From Bacteroidales bacterium (lineage in GTDB: Bacteria > Bacteroidota > Bacteroidia > Bacteroidales > VadinHA17), in the NCBI GenBank assembly GCA_046329885.1, contig JAXLTU010000010.1:23734-87733 (forward strand): a stretch of 64,000 nucleotides of DNA. The letters are read 5' to 3'. Both the position numbers and the translations under genes were made by a program. This document shows, one piece after another, positions 1-9,613 of the stretch. The notes below the pieces were generated by a model that did no database searches, had not been told where the DNA came from, and saw only the letters and a list, made by a program, of their open reading frames with translations. The stretch's first letter is position 1. Each line of letters starts with the position of its first letter.

Positions 1-95
1 ACCGCTGTCTTTTAGAATTTAAAATCAAAATATGAATATCATACACCCTGACAGACAACCAGGTGAAACATATTGAATAATTTCGTGTTTGTATT

Positions 96-632
96 GTGAT
101 CCAAAACGTAAGATACATCTTGAAGATGGAACCTGATACAATTAAGAGAATTAAGTCTTATACCAGTTCAGGAGTAACTGTCCTTGAATCGGAACAACTG
201 GTAAATGCAAATATCGAGGCAGTCTGGGACTTTTTCTCATCCCCGGCTAACCTTTCAAAAATAACGCCACCGGAAATGAATTTCCGGATTACCGGCACAG
301 ATTTTGAAAAAAAGGCCTATCCCGGGCAAATAATTACATACCGGCTTTCCCCGTTTCGTCATATCAGTGTCGACTGGGTAACAGAAATCACGGTAGTCAA
401 AGAGCTCTCATTTTTTATTGATGAACAAAGGTTTGGTCCCTACAGGTTCTGGCATCACAGGCATTTTTTCGAGAAGGCGGGTACAAAAACGCTTATGAAA
501 GACATTGTCACTTACAAAGTTCCTGGTCTTCTTTTTGCTCCGGTAATCAATAAATTATTAATAAAGCCGAGAGTTACTCGTATTTTTGAACATCGGTTTA
601 AAAAGGTAATGGAACTATTTCCTGACCAATAA
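96..632 (+). CDS. SRPBCC-superfamily (START/cyclase-like fold, COG4276-type) protein
   Basis: 178-aa ORF starting at GTG 96, with the first ATG at 126. Motifs AVWDFFSSPANLSKITPP and FIDEQRFGPYRFWHHRH fit the SRPBCC family that is often encoded beside photolyase genes. Its stop codon ends 1 nt before the next ATG. Confidence 0.7.
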   Translation: MIQNVRYILKMEPDTIKRIKSYTSSGVTVLESEQLVNANIEAVWDFFSSPANLSKITPPEMNFRITGTDFEKKAYPGQIITYRLSPFRHISVDWVTEITVVKELSFFIDEQRFGPYRFWHHRHFFEKAGTKTLMKDIVTYKVPGLLFAPVINKLLIKPRVTRIFEHRFKKVMELFPDQ

Positions 633-633
633 C

Positions 634-1929
634 ATGCGACAGACTGTAGTAATATTTTGGTTCAGACGAGACCTGAGGCTCGAGGACAACACGGGATTGT
701 GGCACGCTTTGAGCTCGGGTTACAAGGTATTGCCGGTATTTATTTACGACAGGCTGATTCTCGACAAACTCGAAAGTGATGATCCCAGGCTTGGATTTAT
801 TTCTGGTACAATTGACAAGATAAACCTGAAGTTATTAATAGTTGGGACCAACATACTCACTCTTCACGACACCCCACTTAACTCCTTCAGAAGATTATTA
901 ACGGATTACGATATCAAAGCTGTTTATTTTAACAAGGATTATGAACCCTATGCTTTGTGCAGGGACAAAACAATTTCTGAACTGCTTGCCGGTAAAGGCA
1001 TACCTGTATTCAGTTACAAGGACCAGGTTATTTTCGAGAGTTCAGAAATAGTCAAGAGTGATGGAAAACCTTATACTGTATATACACCTTACTCGAGAAA
1101 GTGGCTTGCTGCATTTAACAGGCAGATGATTAAAGAGATTCCGTCCGGTAAACTCATCCCGAATTTCCTCCCGGGTAAGTTTGGCACCGAAAAGCCTCAT
1201 ACGCTATTAAATAGGAATATAGTTGTCAAACCATATAATATTGACCAGCAACATATCCGTTCTTACAACACGGCGAGAGATTTCCCTGGTGAAGAGGGGA
1301 CTTCATTTCTCGGGCCTCACCTGCGCTTCGGGACGATAAGCATCAGGGAGGTGATCAGAAAAACCATTGATATAAACGATGTCTTTATCAGGGAACTCAT
1401 TTGGCGGGAGTTTTTCATGCAGATCCTTTTCCATTTTCCGCACGTTGTCGAGAAGAGCTTCAGACCGGGATATGACAGGATAGTCTGGAAGAACAACGAG
1501 GAATACTTTGAAAGATGGTGTAACGGTCTGACGGGTTTTCCAATTATAGATGCTGGAATGAGGGAGTTATTGTCGACCGGGTACATGCACAACAGGGTGA
1601 GGATGATTGCAGCTAATTTCCTGACCCGCCATCTGTTGACAGACTGGAGATGGGGTGAGGCCTGGTTTGCATCCAAGCTCCTCGACTTTGACCTCGCATC
1701 CAACAACGGTAACTGGCAGTGGGCCGCTGGTTCAGGCTGTGATGCAGCACCCTATTTCAGAATTTTCAACCCAGTCACCCAACAGGAAAAATTTGATCCT
1801 TACTTAAAATATATCAGGAGATGGGTCCCGGAAGCAGGAACAACATCTTACGTGGCTCCTGTTGTTGACTTAAGCTGGTCACGCGGCGAGGCACTGGCGA
1901 TGTACAAGGAAGGTCTTTTGTCCGGTTAA
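634..1929 (+). CDS. phrB: cryptochrome/photolyase-family protein (deoxyribodipyrimidine photolyase)
   Basis: 431-aa ORF. The N-terminal photolyase domain has VIFWFRRDLRLEDNTGL. FAD-binding domain motifs are WREFF, TGFPIIDAGMRELLSTGYMHNRVRM and NNGNWQWAAGSGCDAAPYFRIFNP. Confidence 0.9.
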   Translation: MRQTVVIFWFRRDLRLEDNTGLWHALSSGYKVLPVFIYDRLILDKLESDDPRLGFISGTIDKINLKLLIVGTNILTLHDTPLNSFRRLLTDYDIKAVYFNKDYEPYALCRDKTISELLAGKGIPVFSYKDQVIFESSEIVKSDGKPYTVYTPYSRKWLAAFNRQMIKEIPSGKLIPNFLPGKFGTEKPHTLLNRNIVVKPYNIDQQHIRSYNTARDFPGEEGTSFLGPHLRFGTISIREVIRKTIDINDVFIRELIWREFFMQILFHFPHVVEKSFRPGYDRIVWKNNEEYFERWCNGLTGFPIIDAGMRELLSTGYMHNRVRMIAANFLTRHLLTDWRWGEAWFASKLLDFDLASNNGNWQWAAGSGCDAAPYFRIFNPVTQQEKFDPYLKYIRRWVPEAGTTSYVAPVVDLSWSRGEALAMYKEGLLSG

Positions 1930-1939
1930 AAAATACTCC

Positions 1940-1947
1940 TAGCTTTG
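1940..1947 (+). promoter_or_regulatory. candidate Bacteroidota -7 promoter box (TAGCTTTG, consensus TAnnTTTG) upstream of the DUF134 gene
   Basis: Exact match to TAnnTTTG, 60 nt upstream of the ATG at 2007. This is a motif match only. Confidence 0.3.
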
Positions 1948-2006
1948 TCAATCATGATTTACCAACATGGTAAACTCATTTTCCCCGGTAATTAAATGAT
2001 CACGGA

Positions 2007-2414
2007 ATGCCAAGGCCACGGAAAAGCAGAAATATTAACAATCCACCCAGGATGAAGGGTTTCAGACCTTTCGGGATGCAGGAGTGTGTTGAGGAGGCAA
2101 TAAGGCTCAGGTACGAGGAATACGAAAGCATAAGACTTGTTAATTATGATAAACTATCGCACGAAAATGCCGCGAAAAGGATGAATGTTTCAAGACCAAC
2201 GTTCACCAGAATCTATAATCGTGCTCTTGGGCTTATCGCGGAATCATTCGTTGAAGGGAAAGCACTTGAAATTGAAGGTGGTAATTACGTGCTTGATAAA
2301 GACTGGTTCCGTTGTAAGAAATGCTTTAAACTCATCCAGGGTAAAGAAAATCACACCAAATGCAAAAACTGCAGTTCATTCAGCAATAATGAACTGGTAC
2401 GTCTTAATGTATAA
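2007..2414 (+). CDS. DUF134 (UPF0251) family DNA-binding protein with C-terminal Cys4 zinc-ribbon
   Basis: 135 aa. The N-terminal MPRPRKSR..PRMKGFRPFG and the HTH-like segment LSHENAAKRMNVSRPTFTRIYNRA are characteristic of DUF134. The C-terminus carries CKKC..17..CKNC. Confidence 0.75.
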   Translation: MPRPRKSRNINNPPRMKGFRPFGMQECVEEAIRLRYEEYESIRLVNYDKLSHENAAKRMNVSRPTFTRIYNRALGLIAESFVEGKALEIEGGNYVLDKDWFRCKKCFKLIQGKENHTKCKNCSSFSNNELVRLNV

Positions 2415-2430
2415 ACAGAAGCAATTCTTT

Positions 2431-4545
2431 CTAATATTTCCAGACGAGCACCCCACCTGTCTTAACCGGGTTCTCCCCGATTAAAATCTTCGACCCTGCG
2501 GCAGGATTTAGCTGGTAAGGCTTGTCGGAGTAATTAACCGCGATACCGAAACCATCGCGGTACTCGACGATTAATCCGGCCGGGTAATCTTCCACGGGTA
2601 TTCCCCTGCTTTTTAACAGTCTCACAAGCATGTCTTTCTCAAGTGCTCCAGTCCTGCTGTCAGCACCAATATAGGTGACGGTACCCTTGCCGGCTTTCCG
2701 TGACACTACCGATGGAGTTCCGATGTAAAAGGTACCGGAGTAAGTGGCCCATACATCAGTCCCTTTTGCAGGTTTTAACAGGTCACCCCAGCTGGTCCAC
2801 TGGTATTCTTTCTCACCCGATACAACCTTGACGGGAGAATGGGGCATGGGAAGATCGTATGATTCAATTGCTGCCCCGATCAGACCATGGATCGGCTCAG
2901 CAAATTTTGCCTCCCACAGGTGCCCGTTCCTGTCCATGAGTCCAGTCCGGCAACTAATTACGAGATTACCACCGTCATTGGCATATTTAGCGAGTTTCTC
3001 GATTAGCTTCTTGTCAATGAGCTGGTATGATGGTACGATGATAACCGGGTAGCGTGAAAAATCGGCTGAATCGCGTATGAAATCGACAGGCGCCCCTGCT
3101 GATTTAAGCGCTTTATAATACTTGAGTATATGACCCTCGGTGTTCCATTCAACAGTCTGCCTGTTCAGGTTAATGGCCATAACATTATCAGCGTTAAACA
3201 GTATTCCTGTCTTCCTGGCAAGGTAATCCGCGGGCAACTTCCTGGATGGATCGTAGTTCTTTCTAAGCTCACCTATATCCTTTATAAACTGGCTGTATTC
3301 CAGTCCGCCAGGCGTCGGTGTTACACCATCGGTTCCAACGATACCATAATGATACTGTTCATAGCCGTAAAGCGGTGCCCTGTACCTGTACGTGCAGGCG
3401 AATTTGCTCCCACCTGCAAAAACATGCCATAACCACAATCTTACTGCTCCAGGCAATGGCTGTGGGTTGATCGCGCCCCAGTTAACCTGGCCTGGTTGCA
3501 GTTCCATGACACCATAGTATCCTTTCAGCGGCCTGAAAAAATCATTGGCCATTGCTATTCTCGAATATTCTCCCAGCCTGTATCCCTCGTTCCCGATACC
3601 CCTGTCGGAACCATATACCATGTAACGGGTATAGGAAACAAAATCAAGTTCTTTTGACATTCCCACGTAACCGACATCATACATGGGGATGTAATTTGAT
3701 GTTACCCATTGCCCGGCGGAAGCATATTTTCGTATTACCCTGGCCTGTTCATCAAGAAATGAAGCCGTTTCATTGTCAGCGAACCTGTAATGATCAAGCC
3801 GCTGGTTCAGGTTCATACCCCACTGGGAATGAAGTGGTATATTGATCTCCTCGAAGTTGCTGTAAGTACCGCTCCAGAAGTTGGTTCCCCAGGTAGTATT
3901 AAGTTCATTTATGTTCTTGTAACGATCACTGAGCCAGTTTCTGAATCGTTGAACAGCATCTGGTCCATAATCGAGGAAGCGTCTGGGTTCATTATCAAGC
4001 TGCCATCCTATCACACGCTTGTCGTTTCCATACCTTTTCGCGAGTTGTTCAATCATTTTCATGGAATACATCCTGTAATAATTGCTCGAGAAAGTCGCGT
4101 GCTGTCTGCTGCCATGATCCATTTTCTTCCCATCCTCATCAGTCTGGAGCACGTCAGGATGCTTTCTCACGAGCCAAACTGGTGGCGTGGCTGTCGAAGT
4201 ACACATCACGACTTTCAGGTTATACTTAGCCGCCAGTTCAAGAGCCTTGTCAAGCCAGGCGAAGTCATATTTCCCTTCTTCAGGCTCAAGCTGAGCCCAG
4301 GCAAATTCAGCGAAATGAGTGAATTCGAAACCAAGCTTCGACATATTTGCAAAATCCCTCTCCCACTGTGACGGATCCCAATGCTCGGGGTAATAATAAA
4401 CACCTGTTATGGTGAGATCTTTCGGGTTGAAAAATTTACCCGGATCCTGTGACAGTAAGTCAGAAGGGAAAAAGGTCAGGAATCCAATAATTACAAGACT
4501 GAGAAAAGCAAGCTGGGATTTTTTCATTTTAAGAGATTTTTTCAA
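2431..4545 (-). CDS. glycoside hydrolase family 42 beta-galactosidase, secreted
   Basis: 704 aa with an N-terminal signal peptide (LAFLSLVIIGFLTFF). GH42-type motifs are GWQLDNEP (acid/base Glu region) and GVMELQPGQVNWG (nucleophile Glu region). Size is typical of GH42. Confidence 0.85.
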   Translation of the reverse strand: MKKSLKMKKSQLAFLSLVIIGFLTFFPSDLLSQDPGKFFNPKDLTITGVYYYPEHWDPSQWERDFANMSKLGFEFTHFAEFAWAQLEPEEGKYDFAWLDKALELAAKYNLKVVMCTSTATPPVWLVRKHPDVLQTDEDGKKMDHGSRQHATFSSNYYRMYSMKMIEQLAKRYGNDKRVIGWQLDNEPRRFLDYGPDAVQRFRNWLSDRYKNINELNTTWGTNFWSGTYSNFEEINIPLHSQWGMNLNQRLDHYRFADNETASFLDEQARVIRKYASAGQWVTSNYIPMYDVGYVGMSKELDFVSYTRYMVYGSDRGIGNEGYRLGEYSRIAMANDFFRPLKGYYGVMELQPGQVNWGAINPQPLPGAVRLWLWHVFAGGSKFACTYRYRAPLYGYEQYHYGIVGTDGVTPTPGGLEYSQFIKDIGELRKNYDPSRKLPADYLARKTGILFNADNVMAINLNRQTVEWNTEGHILKYYKALKSAGAPVDFIRDSADFSRYPVIIVPSYQLIDKKLIEKLAKYANDGGNLVISCRTGLMDRNGHLWEAKFAEPIHGLIGAAIESYDLPMPHSPVKVVSGEKEYQWTSWGDLLKPAKGTDVWATYSGTFYIGTPSVVSRKAGKGTVTYIGADSRTGALEKDMLVRLLKSRGIPVEDYPAGLIVEYRDGFGIAVNYSDKPYQLNPAAGSKILIGENPVKTGGVLVWKY

Positions 4546-4816
4546 TGGATTGAAATGGGTTCCAATATCTTTTAAACAAGTATAATCTTAACGGGCAGTT
4601 GAGGTGATATACCTCATTGCCATTTATTACAAAAATAGAATTTTGTTCTCTCGTACCTTATATTCACGACATTAATGTAGTAAATACTATTGTGAATTAC
4701 AGGATTGGGGATAATAATACCTGCTAAACCTCATCGAATAAATTCCGTAATTGGCAGGCTATATTGCGATGTTTGCGATAGTCATCCGCGAAGGATGAAC
4801 CATATAAGAAACCGGA

Positions 4817-5863
4817 TTAGGAACTATAATACTTCCTTTTGAGCCAGAATGCAACGTTAACAAGGCCAATCATCACGGGCACTTCAACAAGCGGGCCTAT
4901 GACGGCTGCAAAGGCTTCTCCGGAGTTTATGCCGAAAACAGCAATCGCGACCGCTATTGCCAGCTCAAAATTATTGCTGGCGGCCGTGAAAGAAAGGGTT
5001 GTTGACTGTTCATATGTGGCTCCTATCCGTTTGCTCATGAAGAAAGACACCAGGAACATAACGAGAAAATATATCACCAGGGGTATGGCGATACGGACAA
5101 CATCAAGCGGGATCTTTATTATATATTCCCCCTTCAGCGAAAACATGACAACAATTGTAAAAAGGAGGGCTATCAGGTTCAAAGGACTTACCCGGGGCAC
5201 GAACCGGGTATTATACCACTCTTTGCTTCTTAACCTTATTAGAATGAATCGTGTCAGGAAACCAGCGATAAAGGGAATGCCAAGATAGATAAACACGCTC
5301 TTTGCAATCTGTCCCATCGTGATCATGGCGACTGTCTCATTGGTTGGAAGTCCGAACCACGAGGGCAGGATGGCAATGAAAACGTATGCATAGACTGAAA
5401 AAAACAATACCTGGAAAACGGAGTTAAAAGCGACAAGGCCTGCAGCGTATTCCTTATCCCCTTTGGCAAGGTCATTCCAGACAATAACCATGGCTATGCA
5501 CCGAGCCAGACCGATAAGTATGAGACCATACATGTAGTCGATATTGGAACGGAGGAAGATTATTGCAAGCACGAACATCAATACCGGACCGATAATCCAG
5601 TTTTGAACCAGCGACAATCCTAGAACTTTCACGTTTCTGAATACATCGCCCAGCTCTTCATAATTTACCTTCGCGAGAGGAGGATACATCATAACAATTA
5701 ACCCGATAGCGATCGGGATATTTGTAGTGCCGGAGGAAAGGCTGTTCCAGAATTTGGCAATATCCGGACTTAACCACCCGGCAAAAACACCAGTAAACAT
5801 TGCCAGGAATATCCAGAGAGTAAGATAACGGTCAAGAAACTTCAATCGCTTTGTCGATGGCAT
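4817..5863 (-). CDS. acr3: ACR3-family arsenite efflux transporter
   Basis: 348-aa polytopic membrane protein. The N-terminus [18 protein letters not shown] and overall layout are typical of ACR3. It is the last gene of the ars cluster. Confidence 0.85.
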   Translation of the reverse strand: MPSTKRLKFLDRYLTLWIFLAMFTGVFAGWLSPDIAKFWNSLSSGTTNIPIAIGLIVMMYPPLAKVNYEELGDVFRNVKVLGLSLVQNWIIGPVLMFVLAIIFLRSNIDYMYGLILIGLARCIAMVIVWNDLAKGDKEYAAGLVAFNSVFQVLFFSVYAYVFIAILPSWFGLPTNETVAMITMGQIAKSVFIYLGIPFIAGFLTRFILIRLRSKEWYNTRFVPRVSPLNLIALLFTIVVMFSLKGEYIIKIPLDVVRIAIPLVIYFLVMFLVSFFMSKRIGATYEQSTTLSFTAASNNFELAIAVAIAVFGINSGEAFAAVIGPLVEVPVMIGLVNVAFWLKRKYYSS

Positions 5864-5873
5864 AATTTAACTT

Positions 5874-6683
5874 TTATAGTTTGTATCCTGTTACAGTTAT
5901 GCTGAAGATACCAGAATCTCCTTTCCTGAACAAATTCAGGTCTTCCTTGCTCAGGTAAGTTAAAAGCATATGGTCAGGCAGGGAGATTTCTTTTTGTTTA
6001 TGGATCTCGATATTCTTAAAATCACAATTCTTAATAATATCCAGATATTCACCCAGTTCAATAGCACCAGAAACACAACCAACATACATTTCAGCATCTT
6101 CACGCAGTTTTTCAGGAAGGATTCCCTTTATAACAACGTCGGAAACGCAGAAATGTCCTCCCGGATTCAGTACCCTGAAAATTTCTGAGAATGCTTTGTT
6201 TTTATCAGGGACAAGATTCAAAACGCAATTAGAAAGCACGACGTCGAACGAGTTATCATCCAAAGGCATTTCTTCAATGTCCCCCTTGACAAAGAAGACA
6301 TTTTCAAAGCCCAGTTTTTCAAGGTTACTGCAAGCCTTTTCAATCATCTCGTCAGTAAAATCCAGACCCGTGACCTTCCCTTTATCACCGACAAGGGCAT
6401 GAGCCACGAAACAATCATTACCGGCCCCGCTCCCCAGGTCCAGCACCGAATCTCCTTCTTTTATCCCGGCATAGGTTGTGGGAATACCACAGCCCAGATT
6501 AAGATCTGCTTCAGGGTTATAACCATCAAGCATGTTATAATCCTCACTGAATATTGTATAGCCGGCAGGAGAGCAACAATCAGTTGACTGGCAGCAACAC
6601 GATGGTTCACTTTTCGAACCAGTGCTCCTGGCAATTTCTCCATACTTTTCCCTGACGGCTCGTTTTATATCTTCCGGATTCAT
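5874..6683 (-). CDS. arsM: arsenite S-adenosylmethionine methyltransferase
   Basis: 269 aa. It has a SAM-binding motif VLDLGSGAGNDCF, a Cys-rich N-terminus (PSCCCQSTDCCSP) and later Cys residues, as in ArsM. It overlaps arsC by 4 nt. Confidence 0.8.
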   Translation of the reverse strand: MNPEDIKRAVREKYGEIARSTGSKSEPSCCCQSTDCCSPAGYTIFSEDYNMLDGYNPEADLNLGCGIPTTYAGIKEGDSVLDLGSGAGNDCFVAHALVGDKGKVTGLDFTDEMIEKACSNLEKLGFENVFFVKGDIEEMPLDDNSFDVVLSNCVLNLVPDKNKAFSEIFRVLNPGGHFCVSDVVIKGILPEKLREDAEMYVGCVSGAIELGEYLDIIKNCDFKNIEIHKQKEISLPDHMLLTYLSKEDLNLFRKGDSGIFSITVTGYKL

Positions 6684-7105
6684 AATAGTGGTTTAATCTG
6701 ATTCAGATACAATTCATGGAATTTTTTGTCTATCTCATCCCTGATCCTGCGAAACTCATTCCAGATATAATCGTCAGAACCGGTAGCCTTTGAAGGATCT
6801 TCAAAACCAATGTGAAGGCGGTTTGTAACATTCCCAATAAACACGGGACAGGTTTCGTTCGCATCATCGCAAACCGTGATTACAAAATCCCACTTATGGC
6901 CAAGGTATTTATCAACCGGTTCCGGGTTATGGTTGCTAATATCAATACCTAATTCTTTCATAACCGAAACAGCTTTCTCATTTACCATTCGGGCAGGCTG
7001 AGTACCGGCTGAAAATACCTCTATCCGCCTGTCGTACGATTTAAGAAAACCATGAGCCATCTGGCTCCGGCAACTATTCCCGGTGCACAATACAAGTATT
7101 CTCAT
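6680..7105 (-). CDS. arsC: arsenate reductase, LMW-PTP (thioredoxin-coupled) type
   Basis: 141 aa. The N-terminal P-loop is ILVLCTGNSCRSQMA and downstream Cys residues (VCDDANETCP) are present, which is typical of thioredoxin-dependent ArsC. Confidence 0.85.
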   Translation of the reverse strand: MRILVLCTGNSCRSQMAHGFLKSYDRRIEVFSAGTQPARMVNEKAVSVMKELGIDISNHNPEPVDKYLGHKWDFVITVCDDANETCPVFIGNVTNRLHIGFEDPSKATGSDDYIWNEFRRIRDEIDKKFHELYLNQIKPLL

Positions 7106-7126
7106 ATTACTTTCTGTCTGAAGTCA

Positions 7127-8173
7127 TCAAAATATAAAGTTGAACAGGTAACCTACTATCATTATTCCAACAGCCATGATTCCGGCAAACACGAGTATGA
7201 ACTGGATTTTCAGGACCTTTTTCAGGATTATCATCTCGGGGAGAGACAAGCCGATTACGGCCATCATGAATGCCAGTGCTGTTCCTAGTGAAGCGCCTTT
7301 TTCAATCAACACTGAAACGATCGGAATTATACCGGCAGCATTTGAATAAAGCGGAATCCCGATAATAACCGAAAGTGGCACGCTGTACCATGCAGATTTG
7401 CCCATCAACGAGGCCATGAAATCTGCCGGCACATACCCGTGTGCTCCAGCGCCAACTGCTATACCCAGGATCACGTACAACCAGACCTTTCCAACAATTT
7501 CCCTTACTGCATCATAACCATATCTGACCCTGTCGTTGATATCCATTTTTTGACCTTCAGAATCTGATTTTCCGAATTGCGACTGGAACACCCAGTCCTG
7601 CACCCAGTGTCTCAGGTTCAGTCTTCCAATGATCCAACCGGCACTTATCGCGATTACCAGACCAGAAACGACGTAAATAGCTGCTGTCTTCCAACCAAAC
7701 ATGCTAAACAAAAGGACAACGGCGACCTCATTAATCATCGGGGATGCGATCAGGAAAGAAAAAGTGACACCTATGGGGATACCTGCTTCAACGAAACCAA
7801 GAAAGAGAGGGATCGCGGAGCAGGAACAGAATGGAGTCACTATCCCTAGCAAAGAAGCCAGTATATTGCCTGTGAAAAGCGATTTGCCTTCAAGTGCTTT
7901 CCGTGTCTTCTCGGGTGAGAAATACGACCTTACAATACCAACGAGAAAGATTATGAGGGTCAGGAGAAGTAATACTTTAGGCACTTCAAAAATGAAGAAT
8001 CTCAATGCCTCGGTAAAGTGACTACCCGGTTGCATACCAAACAGATCATCAATTAGCCAGTCGGTTATCGGCTTGAGATAATGATAAGCGAGAAACCAAA
8101 CTGGTAGCAAAGCCAGTGTCACTATTATCCTTTTATCAATACTCCTTTTTATTTTATCCATACCTGTAATCAA
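7127..8173 (-). CDS. COG0701/DUF318-type permease (ArsP-like putative organoarsenical or metalloid permease)
   Basis: 348-aa polytopic protein with the family-typical TPFCSCSAIPLF motif. This family is commonly found beside ArsR and small redox-active thioredoxin-fold proteins. Confidence 0.7.
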   Translation of the reverse strand: MITGMDKIKRSIDKRIIVTLALLPVWFLAYHYLKPITDWLIDDLFGMQPGSHFTEALRFFIFEVPKVLLLLTLIIFLVGIVRSYFSPEKTRKALEGKSLFTGNILASLLGIVTPFCSCSAIPLFLGFVEAGIPIGVTFSFLIASPMINEVAVVLLFSMFGWKTAAIYVVSGLVIAISAGWIIGRLNLRHWVQDWVFQSQFGKSDSEGQKMDINDRVRYGYDAVREIVGKVWLYVILGIAVGAGAHGYVPADFMASLMGKSAWYSVPLSVIIGIPLYSNAAGIIPIVSVLIEKGASLGTALAFMMAVIGLSLPEMIILKKVLKIQFILVFAGIMAVGIMIVGYLFNFIF

Positions 8174-8180
8174 AGCTGTT

Positions 8181-8885
8181 TCAGTTTAACACGTACAAGC
8201 GCAATAAATAATATATCCCCGCACATATAAAGAGTACAGCTACCGAGCGTCTGAACCAAAGTTCGAAATTCTTTATGTGGCTGTACAGCTTTCCAACACT
8301 TCCAACAGAATAGGCAAGCAGCCAGGCAAAAATAATTACAGGCAAGCCGGTACCAAAGGCATAAATCACCGGGAGATAAAGCCCGCTTGAGCTCGCGACT
8401 GTTACCGGTATTAGCATGGCGAAATACAGGACACCACTGTAAGGACAGAATGCCAGCGCGAACACTATGCCCAGCAGCAAAGCAGTCCAGTAACTCCCTT
8501 TCCCTTTATTCCCTATTCTCTCTGTAAGCTTGTGGAAACCAGGAAACTTTATTTTAAATACGTCCAGCATCAGGAGCCCGATAATTATCAGGAGGGGAGC
8601 AATTATTTTCTCACCCCACCCCTGGAACAATCTCGAAATATTCATCTGGCTAGCGCCAAAGTAAATTATGAAAGCGAGACCGGTGTAACTGATTGCCCGA
8701 CCCAGAGTATAAATCAACCCGTTTAAAAAAACTCTTTTCCTGTCTTCTAAATCGCGGCTTATAAATCCAATTGCAGATATATTCGTTGCGAGCGGACAGG
8801 GACTTATAGCAGTCATGAGCCCGAGAACGAAGGCCGTAACCACCGAATATTGAGAATTCTCGAGGATATTCTGTAAAAACTCCAT
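8181..8885 (-). CDS. CcdA/DsbD-like transmembrane thiol-disulfide electron-transfer protein
   Basis: 234 aa with about 6 TM segments. Two Cys-Pro motifs lie in TM segments (AISPCPLATN and ALAFCPYSGV), as in the cytochrome c biogenesis CcdA/DsbD core. Confidence 0.65.
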   Translation of the reverse strand: MEFLQNILENSQYSVVTAFVLGLMTAISPCPLATNISAIGFISRDLEDRKRVFLNGLIYTLGRAISYTGLAFIIYFGASQMNISRLFQGWGEKIIAPLLIIIGLLMLDVFKIKFPGFHKLTERIGNKGKGSYWTALLLGIVFALAFCPYSGVLYFAMLIPVTVASSSGLYLPVIYAFGTGLPVIIFAWLLAYSVGSVGKLYSHIKNFELWFRRSVAVLFICAGIYYLLRLYVLN

Positions 8886-8890
8886 GAGGC

Positions 8891-9313
8891 TCAGAATATA
8901 ACCTTTTCAATGCCAGATTTCAGCTCCTTCTTCATTTTTTCAAGGTCGCGAGCTGCCAGCCACGCACTGCTTGTAATATCAAGCTTCTTGTCACCGCTGA
9001 CAACTAACAAAGCCTGGCCTCCTACACCCAATTTATCAGCCAAGGCTTTTGTACTGGCTTCATCAAGATTAAGTGAAGTGAATTTATAATCGCCAGCTTT
9101 TATCTCGTTTGGGAATAGTGAACCCATTGCCTTGAGCGCATTCTGCTCCACGGCGAGACATGTCGCGCACCTGCTTGTAAAATGAAAATAATAAACGGTA
9201 ACCTTCGATGAGCTGACCATCTTTTCGGTCTCGGTACTCTTAACCTGACCATTACAGGAAATACCACTTATAAACAGTACAAGTAAAACGGGGATTAATA
9301 CAACCTTTTTCAT
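8891..9313 (-). CDS. secreted thioredoxin-like protein (CxxC)
   Basis: 140 aa with a signal peptide (VVLIPVLLVLFISGISC) and a CxxC motif in HFTSRCATCLAVE. It sits immediately upstream of the CcdA-like gene. Confidence 0.6.
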   Translation of the reverse strand: MKKVVLIPVLLVLFISGISCNGQVKSTETEKMVSSSKVTVYYFHFTSRCATCLAVEQNALKAMGSLFPNEIKAGDYKFTSLNLDEASTKALADKLGVGGQALLVVSGDKKLDITSSAWLAARDLEKMKKELKSGIEKVIF

Positions 9314-9323
9314 AACCTGGATA

Positions 9324-9560
9324 TTATTGTTTTAATAGAACCTCTTTAATTTCTGAAGCCGAAGGAACATAACCCTTTATTACCACCTTTTCGTCTACAA
9401 CCAACGCAGGAGTTGCCAGTATACGATATTTCATTATTTCATTTATATCCTCAACCTTCTTAACGATGGCATTTATCCCGTTCTTCTCGACCACTTCGCG
9501 GGTCAGTTTCTCCAGTGTCTTGCACTTGGCGCAACCTGTTCCTAAAATCTTTATTTCCAT
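9324..9560 (-). CDS. small thioredoxin-fold redox-active disulfide protein (TIGR00412-like)
   Basis: 78 aa. MEIKILGTGCAKCKTLEKL carries a CxxC motif. Size and sequence are typical of 'redox-active disulfide protein 2'. Confidence 0.8.
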   Translation of the reverse strand: MEIKILGTGCAKCKTLEKLTREVVEKNGINAIVKKVEDINEIMKYRILATPALVVDEKVVIKGYVPSASEIKEVLLKQ

Positions 9561-9577
9561 AAATTTGGTTTTATATC

Positions 9578-9597
9578 ATTTCGGATAAACCCGAAAT
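9578..9597 (-). promoter_or_regulatory. candidate ArsR operator: ATTTCGG-ATAAAC-CCGAAAT (7-bp perfect inverted repeat, 6-nt spacer)
   Basis: Lies in the 53-nt gap between arsR and the thioredoxin-fold gene. A near-identical palindrome occurs at 9931-9949, and both are preceded by ATC. Confidence 0.5.
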
Positions 9598-9613
9598 AAG
9601 TTAATAAATTTTT

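Noticed and set aside
2185-2484. 99-aa ORF overlapping the DUF134 gene and the GH42 3' end
   Set aside because: It is out of frame with a recognisable DUF134 gene and runs antisense into the GH42 gene. No motifs are present.
2744-4403. Several 60-190-aa ORFs on the plus strand (and one on the minus strand) inside the GH42 gene
   Set aside because: They lie entirely within a 704-aa ORF that has clear GH42 motifs. Their translations are low-information with no recognisable motifs, so they are shadow ORFs.
2431-4545. GH42 beta-galactosidase as part of a polysaccharide utilisation locus
   Set aside because: No SusC/SusD-like genes or hybrid two-component regulator flank it. It sits alone between a DUF134 gene and the ars island.
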